Assembly: GCA_964016885.1 (NCBI GenBank)
Contig: OZ024740.1
Span: forward strand, 25,358,001 to 25,422,000
Direction: 5' to 3'
Origin: Eledone cirrhosa
Lineage: Eukaryota
Length of the DNA stretch: 64,000 nucleotides
Shown: positions 51,401-62,700 of the stretch, one piece after another
Position numbering within the stretch: position 1 is the first letter of the stretch
How the letters are laid out: each line of letters begins with the position of its first letter
Program-made: the position numbers and the translations under genes
Notes under the pieces: generated by a model
Told to the model about the DNA's origin: nothing
Database searches by the model: none
What the model saw: only the letters and a program-made list of their open reading frames with translations

Positions 51401-54400
51401 GCTGTGTTTTATGTCGCTGTGTTATGTGTGGCTGTGTTATATGTGGCCGTGTTATATGTGGCTGTGTTGTATGTGGCTGTGTTATGTGTGCCTGTGTTAT
51501 ATGTGGCTGTGTTATGTGTGGCTGTGTTATATGTGGCTGTGTTGTATGTGGCTGTGTTATATGTGGCTGTGTTATATGTGGCTCTGTTATATGTGGCTGT
51601 GTTGTATGTGGCTGTGTTGTATGTGGCTGTGTTGTATGTGGCTGTGTTGTATGTGGCTGTGTTGTATGTGGCTGTGTTATGTGTGGCTGTGTTATGTGTG
51701 CCTGTGTTATATGTGGCTGTGTTATGTGTGGCTGTGTTATATGTGGCTGTGTTGTATGTGGTTGTGTTATATGTGGCTGTGTTGTATGTGGCTGTGTTAT
51801 GTGTGGCTGTGTTATATGTGGCTGTGTTGTATGTGGCTGTGTTATATGTGGCTGTGTTATATGTGGCAGTGTTGTATGTGGCTGTGTTATATGTGGCTGT
51901 GTTGTATGTGGTTGTGTTGTATGTGGCTGTGTTATATGTGACTGTGTTATGTGCGACTGTGTTATATGTGGCTGTGTTATATGTGGCTGTGTTGTATGTG
52001 GCTGTGTTTTATGTGTCTGTGTTATATAAGGCTGTGTTGTATGTGGTTGTGTTGTATGTGGCTGTGTTATATGTGGCTGTGTTGTATGTGGCTGTGTTGT
52101 ATGTGGTTGTGTTATATGTGGCTGTGTTGTATGTGGCTGTGTTATATGTGGCTGTGTTGTATGTGGCTGTGTTGTATGTGGCTGTGTTATATGTGGCTGT
52201 GTTATATATGGCTGTGTTGTATGTGGCTGTGTTATGTGTGCCTGTGTTATATATTGCTGTGTTGTGTGTGGCTGTGTTCTATGTGGCTGAGTTGTGTTGT
52301 ATGTGGCGGTGTTGTATGTGGCTGTGTTGTATGTGGCCGTGTTGTATGTGACTGTGTTATATGTGGCTGTGTTATGTGTGGCTGTGTTATATGTGGCCGT
52401 GTTGTATGTGGCTGTGTTGTATGTGGCTGTGTTGTATGTGGCTTTATTGTATGTGGCTGTGTTGTATGTGGCTGTGTTGTATGTGGCTGTGTTATATGTG
52501 GCTGTGTTGTATGTGGCTGTCTTGTATGTGGCTGTGTTGTATGTGGCTGTGTTATGTGTGGCTGTGTTGTATGTGGCTGTGTTGTATGTGACTGTGTTGT
52601 ATGTGGCTGTGTTATATGTGTCTGTGTTGTATATGGTTGTGGTGTATGTGGCTGTTTTGTATGTGGCTGTGTTGTATGAGGCTGTGTTATATGTGGTTGT
52701 GTTGTATGTGGCTGTCTTGTATGTGGCTGTGTTGTATGTGGCTGTGTTATATGTGGCTGTGTTATATGTGGCTGTGTTATATGTGGATGTGTTGTATGTG
52801 GCTGTGTTGTATGTGGTTGTGATGTATGTGGCTGTGTTATATGTGGTTGTGTTGTATGTGGTTGTGTTGTATGTGGCTGTGTTGTGTGTGGCTGTGTTAT
52901 ATGTGGCTGTGTTGTATGTGGTTGTGTTGTATGTGATTGTGTTATATGTGGCTGTGTTATATGTGGTTGTGTTATATGTGCCTGTGTTATATGTGCCTGT
53001 GTTATATGTGGCTGTGTTGTATGTGGCTCTGTTGTATGTGGCTGTGTTGTATGTGGCTGTGTTGCATGTGGCTGTGTTGTATGTGGCTGTGTTGTATGTG
53101 GCTGTGTTATATGTGGCTGTGTTATATGTGGCTGTGTTGTATGTGCCTGTGTTATATGTGGTTGTGTTATGTGTGGCTGTGTTGTATGTGGTTGTGATGT
53201 ATGTGGCTGTGTTATATGTGGTTGTGTTGTATGTGGTTGTGTTGTATGTGGCTGTGTTGTATGTGGCTGTGTTATATGTGGCTGTGTTGTATGTGGCTGG
53301 GTTGTATGTGGCTGTGTTGTATGTGGCTGTGTTGTATGTGGTTGTGTTATATGTGGCTGTGTTATATGTGGGTGTGTTGTATGTGGCTGTGTTGTATGTG
53401 GTTGTGTTCTATGTGGCTGTGTTGTATGTGGCTGTGTTATATGTGGCTGTGTTATGTGTGCCTGTGTTATATGTGGCTGTGTTTTATGTGTCTGAGTTGT
53501 ATGTGGCTGTGTTGTATGTGGCTGTTTTGTACGTGTCTGTGTTGTATGTGGCTGTGTTATATGTGGCTGTGTTGTATGTGGCTGTGTTATGTGTGCCTGT
53601 GTTGTATGTGGCTGTGTTGTATGTGTCTGTGTTGTATGTGGCTGTGTTATATGTGGCTGTGTTATGTGTGGCTGTGTTATATGTGGCTGTGTTATATGTG
53701 GCTGTGTTGTATGTGGCTGTGTTGTATGTGGCTGCGTTGTATGTGGCTGTGTTATATGTGGCTGTGTTATATGTGGCTGTGTTGTATGTGGTTGTGTTGT
53801 ATGTGGCTGAGTTGTATGTGGCTGTGTCGCTGTGTTGTGTGGCTGTGTTGTATGTGGCTGTGTTATATGTGGCTGTGTTATATATGGCTGTGTTGTATGT
53901 GGCTGTGTTATATGTGGCTGTGTTATATGTGGCTGTGTTGTATGTGGCTGTGTTATATGTGGCTGTGTTTTATGTGGCTGTGTTGTATGTGGCTGTGTTG
54001 TATGTGGCTGTGTTGTATGTGGCTGTGTCGCTGTGTTGTATGTGGCTGTGTTATGTGTGCCTGTGTTATATGTGGCTGTGTTGTATGAGGCTGTGTTTTA
54101 TGTGGCTGTGTTGTATGTGGCTTTGATATGTGTGTCTGTGTTGTATGTGGCTGTGTTATATGTGGATGTGTTATGTGTGGCTGTGTTATATGTGGCCGTG
54201 TTATATGTGGCTGTGTTATATGTGGCTGTGTTGTATGTGGCTGTGTTATATGTGGCTGTGTTGTATGTGGTTGTGTTGTAAGTGGCTTTGATATGTGTGT
54301 CTGTGTTGTATGTGGCTGTGTTATATGTGGCTGTGTTATGTGTGGCTGTATTATATGTGGCCGTGTTATATGTGGCTGTGTTGTATGTCGCTGTGTTATG

Positions 54401-57400
54401 TGTGCCTGTGTTATATGTGGCTGTGTTAAGTGTGGCTGTGTTATATGTGGCTGTGTTGTATGTGGCTGTGTTATATGTGGCTGTGTTATATGTGGCTCTG
54501 TTATATGTGGCTGTGTTGTATGTGGCTGTGTTGTATGTGGCTGTGTTGTATGTGGCTGTGTTGTATGTGGCTGTGTTGTATGTGGCTGTGTTGTATGTGG
54601 CTGTGTTATGTGTGGCTGTGTTATGTGTGCCTGTGTTATATGTGGCTGTGTTATGTGTGGCTGTGTTATATGTGGCTGTGTTGTATGTGGTTGTGTTATA
54701 TGTGGCTGTGTTGTATGTGGCTGTGTTATGTGTGGCTGTGTTATATGTGGCTGTGTTGTATGTGGCTGTGTTATATGTGGCTGTGTTATATGTGACAGTG
54801 TTGTATGTGGCTGTGTTGTATGTGGCTGTGTTGTATGTGGTTGTGTTGTATGTGGCTGTGTTATATGTGGCTGTGTTATGTGCGACTGTGTTATATGTGG
54901 CTGTGTTGTATGTGGTTGTGTTGTATGTGGCTGTGTTGTATGTGGCTGTGTTTTATGTGGCTGTGTTATATAAGGCTGTGTTGTATGTGGCTGTGTTATA
55001 TGTGGCTGTGTTATATGTAGCCGTGTTATATGTGGCTGTGTTGTATGTGGCTGTGTTGTATGTGGCTGTGTCGCTGTGTTGTATGTGGCTGAGTTGTGTT
55101 GTATGTGGCTGTTTTGTATGTGGCTGAGTTGTGTTGTATGTGGCGGTGTTGTATGTGGCTGTGTTGTATGTGGCTGTGTTCTATGTGGCTGAGTTATATG
55201 TGGCTGTGTTGTATGTGGCTGTGTTGTATGTGGCTGTGTTGTATGTGGTTGTGTCGTATGTGGCTGTGTTGTATGTGGCTGTGTTATATGTGGCTGTGTT
55301 GTATGTGGCTGTGTTGTATGTGGCTGTGTTATGTGTGGGTGTGTTATATGTGGCTGTGTTGTATGTGGTTGTGTTATGTGTGGCTGTGTTGTATGTGGCT
55401 GTGTTATATGTGGCTGTGTTATGTGTGCCTGTGTTATATGTGGCTGTGTTTTATGTGTCTGAGTTGTATGTGGCTGTGTTGTATGTGGCTGTTTTGTACG
55501 TGTCTGTGTTGTATGTGGCTGTGTTATATGAGGCCGTGTTGTATGTGGCTGTGTTATATGTGGCTGTGTCGTATGTGGTTGTGTTATGTGTGCCTGTATT
55601 ATATGTGGCTGTGTTGTATGTGTCTGTGTTGTATGTGGCTGTGTTATATGTGGCTGTGTTGTATGAGGCTGTGTTGTATGTGACTTTGATATGTGTGTCG
55701 GTGTTGTTTGTGGCTGTGTTATATATGGCTGTGTTATGTGTGGCTGTGTTATATGTGGCTGTGTTATATGTGGCTGTGTTGTATGTGGCTGTGTTGTATG
55801 TGGCTGTGTTGTATGTGGCTTTGGTCTACATGGTTGTGTTGCATGTGGCTGTGTTGTATGTTGCTGTGTTGTATGTGGCTGTGTTATATATTGCTGTGTT
55901 GTATGTGGCTGTGTTCTATGTGACTGAATTGTGTTGTATGTGGCCGTGTTGTATGTGGCGGTGTTGTATGTGGCTGTGTTGTATGTGGCTGTGTTGTATG
56001 TGGCTGTGTTATATATTGCTGTGTTGTATGTGGCTGTTATGTGTGGCTGTGTTATATATGGCTGTGTTGTGTGTGGCTGTGTTCTATGTGGCTGAGTTGT
56101 GTTGTATGTGGCCGTGTTGTATGTGGCGGTGTTGTATGTGGCTGTGTTGTTTGTGGCTGTGTTGTATGTGGCTGTGTCGCTGTGTTGTTTGTGGCTGTGT
56201 TATGTGTGGCTGTGTTATATGTGGCTGTGTTATATGTGGCTGTGTTGTATGTGGTTGTGTTGTATGTGGCTGTGTTGTATGTGGCTGTGTCGCTGTGTTG
56301 TATGGCTGTGTTGTATGTGGTTGTGTTATATGTGGCTGTGTTGTATGTGGCTGTGTTATATGTGGCTGTGTTATATATGGCTGTGTTGTATGTGGCTGTG
56401 TTATATGTGGCTGTGTTATATGTGGCTGTGTTATATGTGGCTGTGTTGTATGTGGCTGTGTTGTATGTGGCTGTGTTGTATGTGGCTGTGTTGTATGTGG
56501 GTGTGTCGCTGTGTTGTATGTGGCTGTGTTATGTGTGCCTGTGTTATATGTGGCTGTGTTGTATGAGGCTGTGTTTTATGTGGCTGTGTTGTATGTGGCT
56601 TTGATATGTGTGGCTGTGTTGTATGTGGCTGTGTTATATGTGGCTGTGTTATGTTTGGCTGTGTTATATGTGGCCGTGTTATATGTGGCTGTGTTGTATG
56701 TGGCTGTGTTATGTGTGCCTGTGTTATATGTGGCTGTGTTGTATGAGGCTGTGTTATATATGGCTGTGTTCTATGTGGCTGTGATGTATGTGGCTGTGTT
56801 ATATGTGGCTGTGTTATATGTGTCTGTGTTCTATGTGGCTGTGATGTATGTGGATGTGTTATTTGTGGCTGTGTTATATGTGGCTGTGTTGTATGTGGCT
56901 GTGTTATATGTGGCTGTGTTGTATGTGGTTGTGTTGTATGTGGCTGTGTTATATGTGGCTGTGTTATGTGTGACTGTGTTATATGTGGCTGTGTTGTATG
57001 TGGCTGTGTTGTATGTGGCTTTGATATGTGTGTCTGTGTTGTATGTGGCTGTGTTTTATGTTGCTGTGTTATGTGTGGCTGTGTTATATGTGGCCGTGTA
57101 ATATGTGGCTGTGTTGTATGTGGCTGTGTTATGTGTGCCTGTGTTATATGTGGCTGTGTTATGTGTGGCTGTGTTATATGTGGCTGTGTTGTATTTGGCT
57201 GTGTTGTATGTGGCTGTGTTGTATGTGGCTGTGTTGTATGTGGCTGTGTTGTATGTGGCTGTGTTATGTGTGGCTGTGTTATGTGTGCCTGTGTTATATG
57301 TGGCTGTGTTATGTGTGGCTGTGTTATATGTGGCTGTGTTGTATGTGGTTGTGTTATATGTGGCTGTGTTGTATGTGGCTGTGTTATGTGTGGCTGTGTT

Positions 57401-59636
57401 ATATGTGGCTGTGTTGTATGTGGCTGTGTTATATGTGGCTGTGTTATATGTGGCAGTGTTGTATGTGGCTGTGTTATATGTGGCTGTGTTGTATGTGGTT
57501 GTGTTGTATGTGGCTGTGTTATATGTGGCTGTGTTATGTGCGACTGTGTTATATGTGGCTGTGTTATATGTGGCTGTGTTGTATGTGGCTGTGTTTTATG
57601 TGGCTGTGTTATATGTAGCTGTGTTATATGTGGCTGTGTTGTATGTGGCTGTGTTGTATGTGGCTGTGTCGCTGTGTTGTATGTGGCTGTGTTGTATGTG
57701 GCTGTGTTGTATGTGGCTGTGTGGCTGTGTTATATGTGTCGGTGTTATATGTGGCTGTGTTACGTGTGCCTGTGTTATATATGGCTGTGTTGTGTGTGGT
57801 TGAGTTGTGTTGTATGTGGCTGTGTTGTATGTGGTTGAGTTGTGTTGTATGTGGCGGTGTTGTATGTGGCTGTGTTGTATGTGGCTGAGTTGTGTTGTAT
57901 GTGGCGGTGTTGTATGTGGCTGTGTTGTATGTGGCTGTGTTATGTGTGGCTGTGTTATATGTGGCTGTGTTATATGTGGCTGTGTTGTATGTGGCTGTGT
58001 TATATGTGGCTGTGTTGTGTGTGGCTGTGTTCTATGTGGCTGAGTTGTGTTGTATGTGGCCGTGTTGTATGTGGCGGTGTTGTATGTGGCTGTGTTGTTT
58101 GTGGCTGTGTTGTATGTGGCTGTGTCGCTGTGTTGTTTGTGGCTGTGTTATGTGTGGCTGTGTTATATGTGGCTGTGTTATATGTGGCTGTGTTGTATGT
58201 GGTTGTGTTGTATGTGGCTGTGTTGTATGTGGCTGTGTCGCTGTGTTGTATGGCTGTGTTGTATGTGGTTGTGTTATATGTGGCTGTGTTGTATGTGGCT
58301 GTGTTATATGTGGCTGTGTTATATATGGCTGTGTTGTATGTGGCTGTGTTATATGTGGCTGTGTTATATGTGGCTGTGTTGTATGTGGCTGTGTTGTATG
58401 TGGCTGTGTTGTATGTGGCTGTGTTGTATGTGGCTGTGTTGTATGTGGGTGTGTCGCTGTGTTGTATGTGGCTGTGATATGTGTGCCTGTGTTATATGTG
58501 GCTGTGTTGTATGAGGCTGTGTTTTATGTGGCTGTGTTGTATGTGGCTTTGATATGTGTGTCTGTGTTGTATGTGGCTGTGTTATATGTGGCTGTGTTAT
58601 GTTTGGCTGTGTTATATGTGGCCGTGTTATATGTGGCTGTGTTGTATGTGGCTGTGTTATGTGTGCCTGTGTTATATGTGGCTGTGTTGTATGAGGCTGT
58701 GTTATATATGGCTGTGTTCTATGTGGCTGTGATGTATGTGGCTGTGTTATATGTGGCTGTGTTATATGTGTCTGTGTTCTATGTGGCTGTGATGTATGTG
58801 GATGTGTTATTTGTGGCTGTGTTATATGTGGCTGTGTTGTATGTGGCTGTGTTATATGTGGCTGTGTTGTATGTGGTTGTGTTGTATGTGGCTGTGTTAT
58901 ATGTGGCTGTGTTATGTGTGACTGTGTTATATGTGGCTGTGTTGTATGTGGCTGTGTTGTATGTGGCTTTGATATGTGTGTCTGTGTTGTATGTGGCTGT
59001 GTTTTATGTTGCTGTGTTATGTGTGGCTGTGTTATATGTGGCCGTGTTATATGTGGCTGTGTTGTATGTGGCTGTGTTATGTGTGCCTGTGTTATATGTG
59101 GCTGTGTTATGTGTGGCTGTGTTATATGTGGCTGTGTTGTATGTGGCTGTGTTATATGTGGCTGTGTTATATGTGGCTCTGTTATATGTGGCTGTGTTGT
59201 ATGTGGCTGTGTTGTATGTGGCTGTGTTGTATGTGGCTGTGTTGTATGTGGCTGTGTTGTATGTGGCTGTGTTATGTGTGGCTGTGTTATCTGTGCCCGT
59301 GTTATATGTGGCTGTGTTATGTGTGGCTGTGTTATATGTGGCTGTGTTGTATGTGGTTGTGTTATATGTGGCTGTGTTGTATGTGGCTGTGTTATGTGTG
59401 GCTGTGTTATATGTGGCTGTGTTGTATGTGGCTGTGTTATATGTGGCTGTGTTATATGTGGCAGTGTTGTATGTGGCTGTGTTATATGTGGCTGTGTTGT
59501 ATGTGGTTGTGTTGTATGTGGCTGTGTTATATGTGGCTGTGTTATGTGCGACTGTGTTATATGTGGCTGTGTTATATGTGGCTGTGTTGTATGTGGCTGT
59601 GTTTTATGTGTCTGTGTTATATAAGGCTGTGTTGTA
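42447..59636 (+). repeat. Large tandem duplication: unit A ~42447-52040 (9594 bp), unit B ~52041-59636
   Basis: Stepwise offsets of 9594, 9579, 9332, 9219, then 7565-7670 between matching ORFs. Shared rare markers GCTGGGTTG (43717/53296), GCTGCGTTG (44152/53731), TTGTAAGTGGCTTTG (~44944/54276) and TATAAGG (45637/54969; 52025/59620). Confidence 0.9.
45270..48550 (+). repeat. 1654-bp tandem duplication nested in unit A
   Basis: ORF pairs 45473/47127, 45698/47352, 45877/47531, 45912/47566 and 46472/48126. TATAAGG at 45637 and 47291. Confidence 0.9.
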
Positions 59637-59779
59637 TGTGGCTGTGTTATATGTGGCTGTGTTATATGTAGCTGTGTTATATGTGGCTGTGTTGTATGTG
59701 GCTGTGTTGTATGTGGCTGTGTCGCTGTGTTGTATGTGGCTGTGTTGTATGTGGGTGTGTTGTATGTGGCTGTGTTGTA

Positions 59780-62700
59780 TGTGGCTGTGTGGCTGTGTTA
59801 TATGTGTCGGTGTTATATGTGGCTGTGTTACGTGTGCATGTGTTATATATGGCTGTGTTGTGTGTGGCTGAGTTGTGTTGTATGTGGCTGTGTTGTATGT
59901 GGCTGAGTTGTGTTGTATGTGGCGGTGTTGTATGTGGCTGTGTTGTATGTGGCTGAGTTGTGTTGTATGTGGCGGTGTTGTATGTGGCTGTGTTGTATGT
60001 GGCTGTGTTATGTGTGGCTGTGTTATATGTGGCTGTGTTATATGTGGCTGTGTTGTATGTGGCTGTGTTATATGTGGCTGTGTTGTATGTAGCTGTGTTG
60101 TATGTGGCTGTGTTATGTGTGGCTGTGTTGTATGTGGCTGTGTTGTATGTGGTTGTGTTGTATGTGGCTGTGTTCTATGTGGCTGTGTTATATGTGGCTG
60201 TGTTGTATGTGGCTGTGTTATATGTGGCGGTGTTGTATGTGGCTGTGTTGTATGTGGCTGTGTTGTATGTGGTTGTGTCGTATGTGGCTGTGTTATGTGT
60301 GGCTGTGTTATATGTGGCTGTGTTATATGTGGCTGTGTTGTATGTGGCTGTGTTGTATGTGGTTGTGTTGTATGAGGCTGTGTTATGTGTGGCTGTGTTG
60401 TATGTGGTTGTGTTGTATGTGGCTGTGTTATATGTGGCTGTGTTGTATGTGGTTGTGTTGTATGTGGCTGTGTTATATGTGGCTGTGTTGTATATGTTTG
60501 TGTTGTATGTGGCTGTGTTATATGTGGCTGTGTTATATGTGGCTGTCTTTTATGTGTCTGTGTTGTATGTGGCTGTGTTGTATGTGGCTGTGTTATATGT
60601 GGCTGTGTTATATGTGGTTGTGTTATGTGGCTGTGTTGTATGTGACTGTGTTGTATGTGGCTGTGTTATATGTGGCTGTGTTGTATATGGTTGTGTTGTA
60701 TGTGGCTGTGTTATATGTGGCTGTGTTATATGTGGCTGTCTTTAATGTGGCTGTGTTGTATGTGGCTGTGTTGTATGTGGCTGTGTTATATGTGGTTGTG
60801 TTATGTGGCTGTGTTGTATGTGACTGTGTTTTATGTGGCTGTGTGGTATGTGACTGTGTTATACGTGGCTGTGTTATATGTGGCTGTGTTATATGTGGCT
60901 GTGTTATGTGTGGCTGTGTTGTATGTGGCTGTGTTGTATGTGGCTGTGTTGAATGTGGCTGTGTTGTATGTGGCTGTGTTGTATGTGGCTGTGTTATGTG
61001 TGGCTGTGTTATGTGGCTGTGTTGTATGTGACTGTGTTTTATGTGGTTGTGTTGTATGTGGCTGTGTTATATGTGGTTGTGTTGTATGTGGCTGTGTTAT
61101 GTGTGGCTGTGTTGTATGTGGCTGTGTTGTATGTGGTTGTGTTGTATGTGCCTGTGTTATGTGTGGCTGTGTTATATGTGGCTGTGTTGTATGTGGCTGT
61201 GTTATATGTGGCTGTGTTATATGTGGTTGTGTTATGTGGCTGTGTTGTATGTGACTGTGTTTTATGTGGCTGTGTTGTATGTGGCTGTGTTATATGTGGC
61301 TGTGTTATATGTGGCTGTGTTATATGTGGCTGTGTTACGTGTGGCTGTGTTGTATGTGGCTGTGTTGTATGTGGTTGTGTTATGTGTGCCTGTGTTATAT
61401 GTGGCTGTGTTTTATGTGTCTGAGTTGTATGTGGCTGTGTTGTATGTGGCTGTTTTGTACGTGTCTGTGTTGTATGTGGCTGTGTTATATGAGGCCGTGT
61501 TGTATGTGGCTGTGTTATATGTGGCTGTGTTGTATGTGGCTGTGTTATGTGTGCCTGTGTTATATGTGGCTGTGTCGTATGTGGTTGTGTTATGTGTGCC
61601 TGTATTATATGTGGCTGTGTTATATGTGGCTGTGTTGTATGAGGCTGTGTTGTATGTGACTTTGATATGTGGGTCGGTGTTGTATGTGGCTGTGTTATAT
61701 GTGGCTGTGTTATGTGTGGCTGTGTTATATGTGGCTGTGTTATATGTGGCTGGGTTGTATGTGGCTGTGTTGTATGTGGCTGTGTTGTATGTGGCTGTGT
61801 TGTATGTGGCTGTGTTGTATATGGTTGTGTTGCATGTTGCTGTGTTGTATGTGGCTGTGTTATATATTGCTGTGTTGTATGTGGCTGCTTTGTGTGCCTG
61901 TGTTATATATGGCTGTGTTGTGTGTGGCTGTGTTCTATGTGGCTGAGTTGTGTTGTATGTGGCCGTGTTGTATGTGGCGGGTGTTGTATGTGGCTGTGTT
62001 GTATGTGGCTGTGTTGTATGTGGCTGTGTCGCTGTGTTGTTTTTGGCTGTGTTATGTGTGGCTGTGTTATATGTGGCTGTGTTGTATGTGGCTGTGTTAT
62101 ATGTGGCTGTGTTGTATGTGGCTGTGTTGTATGTGGCTGTGTTGTATGTGGCTGTGTTGTATGTGGCTGTTTCGCTGTGTTGTATGTGGCTGTGTTATGT
62201 GTGCCTGTGTTATATGTGGCTGTGTTGTATGAGGCTGTGTTTTATGTGGCTGTGTTGTATGTGGCTTTGATATGTGTGTCTGTGTTGTATGTGGCTGTGT
62301 TATATGTGGCTGTGTTATGTGTGGCTGTGTTATATGTGGCCGTGTTATATGTGGCTGTGTTGTATGTGGCTGTGTTATGTGTGCCTGTGTTATATGTGGC
62401 TGTGTTGTATGAGGCTGTGTTTTATGTGGCTGTGTTGTATGTGGCTTTGATATGTGTGTCTGTGTTGTATGTGGCTGTGTTATATGTGACTGTGTTCTAT
62501 GTGGCTGTGATGTATGTGGCTGTGTTATATGTGGCTGTGTTATATGTGGCTGTGTTGTATGTGGTTGTGTTGTATGTGGCTGTGTTATATGTGGCTGTGT
62601 TATGTGTGACTGTGTTATATGTGGCTGTGTTGTATGTGGCTGTGTTGTATGTGGCTTTGATATGTGTGTCTGTGTTGTATGTGGCTGTGTTATATGTGGC

